Assembly: GCF_030684315.1 (NCBI RefSeq)
Contig: NC_081358.1
Location: 6,690,496-6,754,495 of the forward strand
Source of the DNA: Stegostoma tigrinum
Lineage: Eukaryota
Length of the DNA: 64,000 nucleotides
Direction: 5' to 3'
Shown here: positions 39,311-51,772 of the stretch, in pieces
Layout of the letters: each line of letters starts with the position of its first letter
Numbering within the stretch: position 1 is the stretch's first letter
Position numbers and translations under genes: made by a program
Notes under the pieces: model-generated
The model's database searches: none
The model's input: the letters and a program-made list of their open reading frames with translations, nothing else
Told to the model about the DNA's origin: nothing

Positions 39311-40829
39311 CCTCAATTTTCTCTTTAAGCTTCGGCAGATGGCAGAGCTAGGGTAGAGGATGGGTCTGGGTGGGATTGTCTTCTGAGGGTTGGTGTGGTC
39401 TTAATGGACTGAATTGCCTGCTTCCACAATGTGGAGATTCTATGATTCTAAGTTGCCTGCAGATGAAAGGGTAGGGTGCAAAGTGAGAATTTTCAATAGG
39501 TTTTGAGAGGAAAAAGTATCCAGTTGGAAGTCAAATGTTTATCTGTTGGCCTAATTGAATAAGTGATGAGTTGAATGTATAAATTGCCTATATTTATCTC
39601 ATGTATATTCTCAAACTCATGTTACTATTCGCTCGATAATGAAATGTAGGAAGAAATCTATTGTAAAATGTTTCCAGTGACTTTGACAAGCAGAACATTT
39701 AAGATCTAATCAGTGAATGAGAACATGCTGTAATGGATATCAATACAAACATACACGGCCAATCTGTCAACCAGAATTGACTGCATCCTAAGAAGCAAAA
39801 CAATTTAGAGAAAAAAATGAACATTCATCCTGAATAGTGGAGAGCAAATATTCTTGGAGCTTACAGGCTTGGAGGTAGAAAGGACTCTTAATTTGACAAG
39901 GAGGTGGTGTACCCAAACTCTGCCACCTTGTTCAGAATTATTTCTGGTCCAAGGTTGACATTCCCATAATGCTACAAATGGTTAAGTGGCCAATTAAATG
40001 CCACCCAGGGGCCGAAAACTGCTGCTGGGGTTAAGCCAGCTGAAAACAGGCCAATGGATGTACTAGACAGGTCAACCTGTGTGGATCAGCTGGGGTGGGA
40101 TGGGAGGGGAAAGTCCCTTAGTTAAAGGCCGTCAGGGACTGGGAAGAGGGAGTAGTTCTTGCTTCTGACTGGTTCTCCCTATCCCCACCCCTAAAGACTT
40201 TCTTGTCTATGAAACCTCTCATTGTTTATCCCACCCTCCGGCCATAAAACTTCACCCATTGTCCTGGGTCCCCTGGGAATCTGGGTCTGTTCTTCTCGTT
40301 GTATTGCCAGGATCGTCCAAGTTGCTGCTGAGCCTAAGATCCACCCTTCTCGAATTGGCTGGTAGCTCTTACTGGGTGGCACTTCTGCCTACAGGTCTTG
40401 ATGTTCAGCACCTCAACAGGATTCTGTCCAACTGGTGGGGAGATTGGTGGCTGTGTGGGGAAGGAGTCCTAAAAAATTTGTGGGGGGCTGCTCTTGCCCA
40501 GAATCTTAATTTCATGAACCCCGTTCAGTAATTTACCAGTGGCGAGAAAACACCAAATCAGTGTTGAGATTACAATGCAATGAACTAGAATTAAATTTGT
40601 CAAGTAGTTACTCAGTATCATTTTGCACACAATTGTTAGCAACTTGGGATTTCTGGGCTGGCACGCAGAAATCTCAGGTGTTCAGATCCCTAACTGGTTA
40701 AAGTTGGTAGTTCTGACTTGAGACCTTAATGTCACCTCTGGAAGTCAACTATATTGAGGTGGTTGCTTCATCGGTAGTTGATTTGAAGTGGTAAATATGG
40801 GAGCAGAAAAATTACTGCCTGTAGTAGCA

Positions 40830-41518
40830 GATTGAATCCCCCACTATCAGCATCCTGGGCGTTACCATTGATCAGAAACTCAACTGAACTCACCACATAA
40901 ACATAGCAGCTACACGAGCAGGCCAGAAGCTGGGAATACTATGGGGAATAACTCACCTCCTGACTCCTCAAAGCCTGTCCACCATCTACAGGGCACAAAT
41001 CAGGGGTGTGATGGAACACTCCCCACTTGGCTGGATGAGTCCAGCTCCAACAACTCTCAAGAAGCTTGCCATCATCCAGGACAAAGCAGCCACTTGATTG
41101 GCACCACATCTACAAGCATTCACTCCCTCCACCATTGATGCTCAGTAACAGCAGTGTGTACTATTTACAAAATGCACTGCAGAATTTCGCCAAAGATCCT
41201 CAGACAGCACCTTCCAAACCCACGACCACTTCCATCTAGAAGGACAAGGGCAGCAGATATATGGGATCATCACCATCTCCAAGTTCCCCTCCAAGACAAT
41301 CACATCCTAACTTGGAAATATATCGCTGTTCCTTCACTGTCGCTGGGTCAAAATCCTAGAATTCTCTCCCTAATAGCATTGTGGGCCAACCCATAGCAGG
41401 AGGACTGCAGTGGTTCAAGAAGGCAGCTCACCAACACCTCCTTAAGGGTAGCTAGGGATGGGCAAGAAATGCTGGCTAGCCAGTGATGCCCATGTCCCAC
41501 AAATGAATTTAAAAAATT
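40830..41518 (+). mobile_element. CR1-group LINE 3' end whose tail is shared with SINE family 2
   Basis: ILGVTIDQKLN*THHI...; ends with agggatgggcaagaaatgctggctagccagtgatgccc. Confidence 0.8.
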
Positions 41519-41787
41519 GCTCAAGGTGGGGGAGTAGTCTGCTGATGGGGCTATTAGTGACAATGAGAGTTGATTGTCATGGTGGCACTCAGCAAGGCAT
41601 TGGTGTTGGCTCACAGAGAAAGAAAAGTGTCAAGTTCCCAGGGGAGGTTGGCAGGAATGACAGAACACAAGGGGAGGAGAGAACATGGGAGGGTGAATTT
41701 CTAGCTGGTCATGACAATGAAGAGTACATAGGGAACCATGAAGTAGGGCCTATCCAGGACCAAGACACACCTCAAATACCTACAGTT

Positions 41788-42081
41788 CATAGAATCCCTG
41801 CTGGGCAGATTTGGTCTGCACCAACCCTCTGAAGAGCATCCCACCCTATCTGCACAACCCTGTATTTACCATGGCTAATCTGTCTAGCCTGCTCACCCCT
41901 AGGCACTATGAGGCAATTTAGCATGGTCAATCCACCTAGGCTGCATGTCTTTGGACAGTGGGAGGAAACTGGAGTACGCAGAGGTAACTCATGCAGACAC
42001 GGGGAGAACATACAAATTACACACAGACAATCACCCAAGGTTGGAATCGAACCCGGGTCACTGGTGCTGTGAGGCAGCACC
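41788..42081 (-). mobile_element. HE1-like V-SINE
   Basis: Reverse-complement V-domain and B box (ggaatcgaacccggg). Confidence 0.85.
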
Positions 42082-43486
42082 TCTCTTGGTTTAGTTTGCT
42101 GTGTCCAAATTATCCCATTTCCAACCTCTTGTAAAAGGATATTCAGTATTGTGAATTTCTGTGCTGGACCTTCATGTGACTGAATAAAGCCACAAATCTT
42201 TGGATGCGTGGGGCAGGATGTCCCATGAGGTAATGGGGAGCAGAATTTGCTTCCTTTTCCTTCCTTAGCTGCAGCCACTCTACCTTATCAACAAGACATT
42301 GGGTATGAAGGGTTAATGCAGCTCGATGGACGAGTATCTCCATTCTGAACAATGGGGGCAAGCTCTGCCCACTGTTGCCCCTCTGGAAAAGAATGGCCAT
42401 ACATGTGGCTGCCCAGTGACCCCTCCCCATAAAGAAGGCGGATGTCGCCATAGTGTAGAAAATTTGGGGCTGGGTCCCTGTTCCATGCAAATGGTGGGAC
42501 CAAAAACTTTTTTTTATTGAATTTGGAGTTTACAAAAGATATTTATGAAGCCTCTCCACCCATCCCCAGGAGCCATCTCTTCCTCCATCCCATCTCAATC
42601 TCACCCTTTGTGGAGCTGAGAAAAATACAGCCTGCTTGCTTAGGACTTCATTCATTCTCCACTCAATGATTCAATGGAGACTGCGGCTCCCAAAGTCAGA
42701 GTTGGCCAGTTGTGATGCTACTGAGCCATTCGTGGTGATGGACATGGAAGTTGTCATGACCACAAATCATAACCTAGAATCTTCTATAGCTATATTACAC
42801 TATTATTTCCAACGTCATTTTTTTCCCAAAAGAGGACTGCTGCCGCCAAAATAATATGGATGTAAATTCAGTGGCCAGTAAATTCAGAGGAGTTGGTCGG
42901 GGGGAGGTGAGAGTGTGAGAGAGACAGAGAGAGAGAGAGAGGGAGAAAAAGATTGTGGATGAGCCACACCTGATGAGTTGTCAAGGATGCTTCAAAAAGA
43001 TGTACCAAAAAGGGAGAAAATGCACTACAAACTGAGTCATAACCTTCTGGTCTCCTGTGACCTATTTCAGACTGTGAACATGATGGGAGAAAAGATAACA
43101 CTTTGGCAAGAGCTATGTTTTGCACCCTCCTCTTTTAAGAACAAGAAACAAGAACAGGTGAGAAAGGAGGTTCAGCCCTGGCCTGTGTGTGCTAGTGGAA
43201 GAAGGTATTGTGGTTAGCTGAAGTGCTCACATGTGGCAGTGGACTGCAGTACTCATATATACAGTTTGGGTTTGAGAACTAACATATTATGAAAATTGAC
43301 GAACCACCCAATAGTCACCCCTGTGTTGCTGGTCAAGGACTCTCTTGCTCTGAGTGTTAGTGGCCAATCATTATCAGAAGGAAACAGGACAAAAGAATCT
43401 CAAATAAACTGCAAAGCCATGGACAAAACAGCTGAACTCTAGAGGTGAGTTGAAAGTGATGGCCCTTAAAGTCACAGCAGCATTGG

Positions 43487-43770
43487 GGTGGCACAATGGC
43501 TGAGCGGTTAGCACTGCTGCCTCACAGCATCATAGACCTGGATTAGATTCCAGCCTTGGGCGTCCCTGTTTACGGGGTTTACATATTCTCCCTGTGTCTG
43601 CATGGGTTTCCCCTGGGTACTCCAGTTTCGTCCCAGATGTGCAGGTGAGGTGGATTGGCAATTGGAAATGCAGGGTTTATGGGAATAGGATAGGGGAAGG
43701 GTCTGGGTGGGATGGTCTTTGGAGGGTCAGTGAGGACTCATGGTTTCTGCACTGTAAGGATTCTATGACC
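43487..43770 (+). mobile_element. HE1-like V-SINE
   Basis: ggttagcactgctgcctcacagc head and V-domain. Confidence 0.82.
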
Positions 43771-44995
43771 ACATCAAGGAACTCTAGTAAAACTGGAGTT
43801 AATAGGAATCTGAGGGGGAGAAACCCTTCCTGGTTGGAGTCATACCCAACACAAATGAAAATGATTATGTTCATTGGAGCTCAATCATCCAAGCCAAAAG
43901 ACAACATTGCAGGAGTTCCTGGTAGTAGATAATTTCTAATCAACCTGTTCACATATGTTATTACATACCTCCAGAGCAATTGGGACTTCAGCCCAGCACT
44001 CCTGGCTGAGAGATTTAGACATAATTGGCACATCCACGTGAATGCTCAATAGATTCCTCAGGGCAATGTCCTAGATCCAACCATCTTCAGCTGCTTCATC
44101 AATGACCTTCCCTCCACCATAAGGTCAGAAGTGGGGATGTTCACTGATGGTTACATAATATCTGGTACCACTTATAATTCCTGTGATACTGATGCAGTCC
44201 ATGCCTAAATGAAGCAAGACATAGACAACATCTAGGCCTGAGCTGATAAGTGGCCAGTACCAATTGCACCACACATGTGCCAAACAATGACCATCTACAA
44301 AAATCAAGAATATAACCATTGCCCCTTGACACTCAAGGGCATTGCTCAACTCCCCACTATCAACTTTCTGGGAGTTATCATTGATCACAATCTGAACTGG
44401 ACAAGCCAGATAAATATTGAACTACATAAGCACGCCAGGGGCTAGTAATTCTTGTAGGAAGAAACTCAGCTCCTCACTCCCCAATGCCTGCCCACCATTT
44501 TCCAGGCACAAAAAAGGATTGTAATGGAAGATTGTCTACTTTCCTGGATGTCTGCTGCTGTAACAAACTTCAAGAAATTTGACAGTATCCAAAGGAAGCA
44601 GCCCATTTGACTGGCATCTCATCTGCAATTTTCAACATTCACTCACTACACCACCAATATGTGGTGGCAGCAATGTATACCTTCTACAAAATAGCTCTTC
44701 CATGACCTTCCAGATCGTTGACTTCAGCCATATAGAAGGGCAATGGGTGCATAGGACATCACCACCCGTTAAGTTCTTATCCAAGTCGCAGGCCATCCTG
44801 ACTTGGAACAATACCAACAGACCTTCACTGTCATCGGGTCAAAATAGATGTTCCCCAGGAGCACCTTGGTGTTCTTACACCATAATCACAGCAGTGGTTC
44901 AAGAAGAAGCTCATCATCAGCTTAACAATGCAGTCAGGGATGGGCAATAAATGTTTGCCGAGGCTTTGATGCCCACATCACAATGAATTAAACAA
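43770..44995 (+). mobile_element. CR1-group LINE RT plus 3' end
   Basis: WLESYP, IAGVP...PQGNVLDPTIFSCFINDLP and MFTDG, with the same tail as 41400-41515. Confidence 0.8.
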
Positions 44996-46395
44996 AAGCT
45001 AAGTTGCATAGCAGACTGCTGTTGACATGCAGCATCTTTTTTGATGAAATACAGTAGCTGGGGCTGAAGATCTCCCACATTCATCAAACCCTTCCCAAAT
45101 AGTCCATCATATACTGTGGTTCTGTACAAGCTGATAATGCATGTTGTATGAAGGTCACATTCTGACAGAATGAAGAAGGTGAGCCATCCATTTACAGCAA
45201 AGTGGCATTGATTGGGCATGGGGCTGACAGACATTTTCCCCTCCACTGCGATCTCCACGTTTGCTTAGTCAAACTGAAGAGTATCTTCTTGCTATCCGAC
45301 GGGATGAGAAATGATCACCTTCTGTCTGAGGCTGGGGGAGAACCTGAAGGCATCTTGGTCACCCCTGATTCTGCAAGCCTTCCACTGTATTGAACAATGG
45401 CCAGCTCCTGGGTTTCTGGATTACACAAGGGTTCGCCTTCAGATTGAAGGGGTTCCATTCTAGAGGAATGCTTTCTGCCATTTGGAGTGCGAAGCAGAAC
45501 TGAAGGCAGGTTTGGCAGACTCTTAAAAAAAGGAGCCAGCATCTGCCTGAGGTTGGTACCTGATTGCCTACCCTTGTGCCAAGATTGGAAATGCCCTGTG
45601 CCTCCGTTTATTGCAAAACCATGGCCAGCTAGCTGGATTTCTTCAGTACAGCAATAGAAGTCCACATCTATTAATTCAATCCACATTATGCCTTATCATA
45701 TCTTTGAGCAATGTTGAAAGAATATGTCACAAATTAGATTATAACCAGCAATCTAACCAATATGCACACGGTAAGGTGTCACGTTGGTACACGGGCAAAC
45801 ACTATAGTTATTATGTACAAGAGTTTTTCTGTTATAAATTGGCCTTAAATCCACAGGAATCAGGCCTTACTGTGAGTAAGTGGAGATTGGATCACTAACA
45901 CTGCATACAGGATTGATTTCCAGTCAGAGTATTTGCACCCAATAGAAGCATGTTCGGTCAGAGAAAGTGCACTGAAGCTAAGTACAGTGAGAAAGGCAAT
46001 GAGAACTGCTATCCCTAAACTAGTGGCTAAAAATCTTCCATGTGAGATGGGTTTGAATTGCTCATAGGGTGGAATACAACAGAAGGATGTACAGCAACAG
46101 TAACAGGACTGTTCAAATCATTATTTACATGGAATGGCATTTAAATTAACTGTATTTCACCAGATTATGAACACATTGTATGTCAGCAGCAACATCAATG
46201 AGAATGGCAGTGTAGATGGTGAAAAGCTTCAAAGAAAGGTCAGTAATTAATATTTATTCAAACATGTCTTTTTTCAGGGTATGCAGGGGTTTTTTTTGGG
46301 GGGGGGAGAAGGTTGGGGGATGGTGGCTGTGATGGTTGCAAAAGTTGTTTATTTCGTCTCCTTTTTATTTCACAGAACTTCCCTAAGTGCGATCT

Positions 46396-46490
46396 TTTTT
46401 TCTGACGAAGGGTCTAGGCCCAAAACGTTAGCCTGCTCCTCTGATGCTGCTTGGTCTGCTGTGTTCATCCAGCTCTACGCCTTGTTACCG
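46396..46490 (+). mobile_element. PLE family A-like mini-insertion beginning at the hammerhead core
   Basis: ctgacgaagggtctaggcccaaaacgttagc...; 11-bp TSD aagtgcgatct (46385-46395 and 46491-46501). Confidence 0.82.
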
Positions 46491-47707
46491 AAGTGCGATC
46501 TGCAGGACATTCTCATTTACTCGCACCAGGCTAGAAAATTCACCATCATTTATTAGATTTGAGTTCACACACACAAAAAATGAGAAACTCTTTGTTTGGT
46601 CTAGCACAAAGTAATCAAAAAACATAATTGTTGCATTACAGTTTAATAATAAACATTTACTTTTTATCGATTAATACATTGTTTGATTTTGGGTAAGTGT
46701 ATTTTTATTAATCCTGAAATGTCTGAATAGTTCTAGAGAAATGACTGTCTCCTAGGTTGGCCAGTTCCATTGATTTTCAAACTAAACATTGTGAACAGTG
46801 AAGCATACAGTAACTTATACAATTAAAGCTACTAAACAGTCAGGAGTTATTACATTCATCCTACAAAAATAATCAGAAAACACATCTACAAATAAAAATA
46901 TAATCACTTGAATTCTGCACAACTTTTTCTCTCTTATTTTCATTCTCTTATTTCCTAACATATATTGAAAATAAAACATTAAATTAATTTTAGTTTGGTT
47001 TCCCTTTAATCTCAAGGCTTTTAATATCTTTTCCCACATCTTTTCTATCCATATTAGAAATCGTAACTCCAGAAATAAGACTTTGCAATTGCCCATTAAG
47101 GAGATTTAAAGACTGGTTTCACACCCAACAAAATGGCTCACAAATCTTAAAATGGATTTGATTGTGTAAAACACACGACTAGTTTGACCCCTAATGTGAA
47201 ATAAAAGCATCACACTGGATCCAAGATCTGCCAAATATTTATTTAGTAGCACCTCTTAGAAGCACCTGGATGAGATTTTGAACAGCATTTTAATAGTTTC
47301 AGTTGAAAAGAAGCTGTTACTTTTTAAATACATTTGAAAATCTTTTTCATCTGGTCTTTGATTTGGCTTCATTTAAGTCAAGAGGGTAGTTGAGCAATCT
47401 GTCCCTTTACCTTTATCATTATCACTCTGAAGCTGACCACTGGGAGCAAAATGGGAACACTCTAGTGATTGGCACCAATTTTCTCAGATCCCTTATGAGA
47501 ATGCGTTTGACTTCCACATACTCCATTTTGCAATGCGGCTATAATCAAATACTCATCATCTGATGGCAAGTTATTTCAGCTGTGTAGATTTTGTAATAGT
47601 CTGTACGCAATCCACATTTTATTTATATCAACCCAGAAATAAGTTCCACAAGTAACTGAAAATGTAAAGCACTTTTCTAATTTATGTCTACTTCATAATA
47701 GCTGACA

Positions 47708-48000
47708 TGGCACAGTGGATCAGTGATTAGTATTGCTGCCTCACAGCACTAGGGACCTGAGTTCGGTTCCACCCTCAGATCACTGTCTGTGTAGAGTTTG
47801 CACATTGTCCCCGTGCTTGTGTGGGTTTCCTCTGGGGGCTCTGGTTTCCTCCCACAGTCCAAAGATGTGCAGCTCAGGTGGACTGGCTGTGCTAAATTGT
47901 CCGTAGTGTCCTGGGATGTGCAGACTAGGTAGATTAGACATGGGAAATGCAGGGTATAGGGTCAGGGTGAATGCTGCTTGGATGGACTGAATGGCCTGCT
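47708..48000 (+). mobile_element. HE1-like V-SINE
   Basis: Head plus V-domain with a truncated tail. Confidence 0.82.
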
Positions 48001-48189
48001 ATTAACATTCGGCCAACCGCATCAATATGTCCAGCAGATCAGTTGCAATAACAAAACAAAGAAACTCTCTGTCCTGTGGTGCCTTATTTACTACATAAGT
48101 GATCACCAGTTTCTTTTTCTGGTTATACTGCCATCAATGTAGACTGCACCATCTTCAAAAACTGTAAGATGCGGCAAATGATCATTTTT

Positions 48190-48901
48190 AACACCAATTC
48201 GTACAAGTCTTTATTAATATTATATATGTATAGCATCAAGGAAAATCTAATTCCCACTCAGATGACGGGCAGCTTTCTCTTTGCTCAACTAAAATTGACA
48301 ATAATTATGGTGCTGCTGGATTTCCAGGTAAATGTGTTTCAGGCAGATTTGTGATACTGTGAGCTGTTCGAACACCAGGAAGGCAAGTAACTTTGTGGCT
48401 AAACGAGATCTCACTTCAGCCACAGAACTGTACATTGGTCGCAGGATACATGACCAGCCAATGTGATGCAGGAACAGCTGTTCTTTGAAAAATGCACAGT
48501 ACAACACATATTTCATGAATAGACAGAGTTTTCTTTAAAAAAAAATCCCTGCTTTGGATTAGCTACAATCTATTTGGATGCCAATAAAGTGTAAATGGAC
48601 AATAAAGACATTTAAACTGTCCTCGCCACTGTCAAGTTTTACAGGGATAGGCTATTAGCAAACCCATCATACAAGTGCAGATATCATTCTCTCCAGTCTG
48701 GGAGAGTTATGCTAAGATTTTTAGCACATCTAGGTTTCATGAAGCAATTCTGAACTCCCTCATAGATTCAACACACTCTTTATGGCAGTCTGGCTGTCCA
48801 TAAAGGACCACAAGACAGTTCATCTTTGCTGATAATGTGAGACAAGGATGGCAAGTACCACGGAAGTAATATCACCTTCACTACACAGATCCGATGTGTC
48901 A
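48190..48901 (-). other. Probable STAC 3' UTR
   Basis: Repeat-free, AT-rich sequence directly after the stop codon and ending near a candidate AATAAA. The true end is not determinable from sequence alone. Confidence 0.55.
48210..48215 (-). terminator. Candidate polyadenylation signal AATAAA
   Basis: tttatt on the + strand, about 690 nt after the stop, with a GT-rich ttggtgt about 15-20 nt downstream on the minus strand. Other AATAAA hexamers exist further on. Confidence 0.4.
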
Positions 48902-49000
48902 TCAGATATTGACAAGGATGTCAAGTGGCACAAAACCCTTCTTCTTTCCACTGCACACTTTAATGAATCCATTTGTTTCTTCACCCTTATCCACACAGAT
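48902..49000 (-). CDS. STAC: STAC-family last coding exon including stop codon
   Basis: Acceptor cctatttgcag| followed by ICVDKGEETNGFIKVCSGKKKGFVPLDILVNI-TGA (99 nt), in frame with ...KENQ. GKKKG..PLD.L.NI fits STAC1 better than STAC2 or STAC3. This frame is absent from the ORF track and was found by manual translation. Confidence 0.92.
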   Translation of the reverse strand: MCVDKGEETNGFIKVCSGKKKGFVPLDILVNI

Positions 49001-49619
49001 CTGCAAATAGGAGGAAGTGTTGAACAGCAAGTTGCAGGAGATTCACGTGACAACATTGGAACCATCAACAATACTCCAAATACTAATTTACATCAGCTGT
49101 GAGAATGTAAATGTATGTGTGACACATGGCTTAATGCAAATGAAATCTACACCCCTTAACTCCAGATTGGACATCTTACAATACCAAAGCCTAATCACCT
49201 GATCTGAAAAAGATCGGGTCAAAAATCACATAACACCAGGTTAGAGCTGAACAGGTTTATTTGAAGATGCAACCTTTCAGAGTCTCGCTCCTTCTTCAGA
49301 TGTCAGAGAGAGAGCTGGCATCAGACGCAGAATTTGTAAGCAAAAGATCAAATAGGTCATAGAACTGATGCAAATGTGCTGAACAAACTTTGATTTTATC
49401 AGTATACCAGAGGTGACATCTCAGGTGAGACAATGCATATTAGGTGTGAGGCCTTGTTTAGAATCTGGCTGTGTACCAACTTGGAGTCAGATTGTTTTCA
49501 TTTCCAAAGTAGGAATTTGTAAAATGTCACATTGTCTACAAACTGTGTGCCTTTTGAATAAAATAGAATGTATCTATGATTAAAAATCTGCAAATGCAAA
49601 TTCACCCCATAGATTTATA

Positions 49620-49922
49620 TGTGTGTGCACATGTGTGCATGTGTGGGAGCAACAGAGAGAGTGTGAGCACGTGCAGGAGCGAGGGAGAGAATACGCGCTC
49701 GTGCAGGAGCGAAGGAGAGAATGCGCACATGTATGCATGTGAGGGATGAGAGAGAGAGAGTGTGTGTGTGTGTCTGTCTGTCTGTGTTGGGAAGAGGGGG
49801 AGAGAGAGAGAGAGAGAGAGAAAGAGAAGGCGTGTGTGCATGAGAGAGAGATATGTGTACGCACGTGTGTGTGCGTGCTTGAGAGAGAGAGAGTTTGTGT
49901 GCATGTGTGTGAGATTGTGTGT
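49620..49922. repeat. Compound (GA)n/(GT)n microsatellite within the PLE family B pLTR
   Basis: Runs of gagaga and gtgtgt, with a shorter complementary (CA/CT) tract at 51200-51340. Confidence 0.85.
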
Positions 49923-50011
49923 ATAACAATGAACACCTCGCCAAGATCTTCCCTATGCCCTACTTCTCATCTTCAAACAACCACCAAACCTTAAACAGAT
50001 CATCGGTCACA

Positions 50012-50398
50012 CCAGCCCAGTTCGTCCCCTCCACCCACTGCATCCCAAAACCAGTCCAACCAGTCTCTGCCTCCCTAACCTGTTCTTCCTCTCACCCATC
50101 CCTTCCTCCCACCTCAAGCTGCACCTCCATCTCCTACCTACTAACCTCAGCCCACCTCCTTGACCTGTCCGTCTTCCCTGGACTGACCTATCCCCTCCCT
50201 ACCTCCCCACCTACACTCTCTCCACCTATCTTCTTTACTCTCCATCTTCGGTCCGCCTACCCCTCTCTCCCTATTTATTCCAGTTCCCTCCCTCCATCCC
50301 CCTCTCTGATGAAGGGTCTAGGCCCGAAACGTCAGCTTTTGTGCTCCTGAGATGCTGCTTGGCCTGCTGTATTCATCCAGCCTCACATTTTATTATCT
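50012..50398 (+). mobile_element. PLE family A solo pLTR nested in the family B element
   Basis: Matches the pLTR at 53290-53675. The host sequence resumes after it (tcggtcaca / tcgttcaca near-duplication). Confidence 0.85.
50304..50335 (+). ncRNA. Minimal hammerhead ribozyme motif (PLE family A)
   Basis: ct-CTGATGA-A-GGGT-ctag-GCCC-GAAA-cg-TC-ag. Core is intact, with palindromic ACGT and GUC cleavage after 50333. Local stem I is only 2 bp. Confidence 0.72.
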
Positions 50399-50825
50399 TC
50401 GTTCACAGGAAACTACGCAGCCTTCAGGACAACATAGAACATAACACCACAACAACCCTGCCATAGCAACCTCTGCAAGACACGTCAGATCATCAGCATG
50501 GACACTACCATCACACGTGGGAACACCGCCCACCGTGTGCACGGCAGATAGTCATGTGACTCGGCCAACGTTGTCTGTCTCATACGTTGCAGGTGATGAT
50601 GCCCTGAGGCATGGAATATTGGCAAAACCATGCAGACACTACAACAACGGACATATAGACATCACGTAACTATTGCCAGACAGGAATGATCCCTCCCAGT
50701 GCAGGAACACTTCAGTGGTCAAGGACATTCAGCTTCGGATCTTTGGGAAAATATCCTCCAAGGCGGAGTTTGAGATACACAGCTACAACGCACAATCGCC
50801 GATCAGAGGCTGATAGCTGCGCTTT

Positions 50826-51133
50826 AGAGTCCCTACAGTGTGGAAACAGGCCCTTCGGCCCAACAAGTCCACACCGACGCTCGCAGCATCCCATCCAGAC
50901 CCATTCCCCCTATAACCCACCTAAGGTGCACATCCTGGACACTACGGGCAATTTAGCATGTCCAATCCACCAATCCTGCATATCTTTGGACTGAGAGAGG
51001 AAACTGGAGCACCCGGATGAAGCCCTCGCAGACAGGGGGAGAATGTGCAAACTCCACACAGACAGACACCCAACGCCTGGATCCCCGGTGCTGTGAGGCA
51101 GCACTGCTAACCACTGCACAACCGTGCCGCCCC
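50826..51133 (-). mobile_element. HE1-like V-SINE nested in the PLE family B endonuclease
   Basis: Reverse-complement SINE splitting ...DQRLIA | ...GTHEDGLYRDLG. Confidence 0.87.
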
Positions 51134-51733
51134 TGCTTGGCACACATGAGGATGGCCTCTACCGGGATCTTGGGTCCATGTCGCACTACAGGTGAACCAA
51201 TCACACTTCACACTCTCACACACACAAGCACTCTCCCTCTCTTCCACACACACACACACACATGTGTGACACATCCTTTTTCTCTCTTCACCCCACTCCC
51301 AAATGCCCCCCAACCCACCTTCTCCCGCCCCCAACACACTCATGTAAATGTGTGGGGTGAGTTTGCATTTGCAGACTTATTCCATTTTGTTCGAAAAGTG
51401 CACAATCTATAGACAGCCAATGCGGATTTTTACAAATTCCTACTTTGGAAATAAAACTAATCTGACTCCAAGTTGGTACACAGCCAGATTCTAAACAAAG
51501 CCTCACACCTAACATGCTTTGTCTCACCTGAGATGTCACCTCTGGTATGCTGATAAGATCTTTAGTTATCTCAGGGCTCACTTGAAAGAAATTCTGGGAT
51601 TTGCATATTAATGCTTTTTAACTGATTAAAGACTTAACAGCCATTTTGAGTTTGTTCAACACATTTTGCATCAGTTTTATGACCCTTTGATCTTTTGCTA
51701 ATAATTTCTGTATCTGATGCCACTTCTCCCCCT

Positions 51734-51772
51734 GACACCTGAAGAAGGAGCGAGACTCCGAAAGCTTGTGTC
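51734..51772 (+). ncRNA. Minimal type I hammerhead ribozyme (PLE family B)
   Basis: gacac-CTGAAGA-A-GGAG-cgaga-CTCC-GAAA-gc-TT-gtgtc. Stem I is gacac/gtgtc (5 bp), stem II is GGAG/CTCC, stem III is replaced by palindromic AAGCTT, and the predicted cleavage is after CUU (51767). Confidence 0.8.

Noticed and set aside
1-48000. A neighbouring gene such as DCLK3
   Set aside because: No kinase or other host-protein exon was recognised, although short exons could have been missed.
48820-49102. ORF-track proteins overlapping the STAC last exon
   Set aside because: They are in the wrong frame or on the wrong strand. The real frame is ICVDKGEE...NI*.
49580-49994. His/Thr/Ser/Leu-rich ORFs
   Set aside because: They are translations of a dinucleotide microsatellite.
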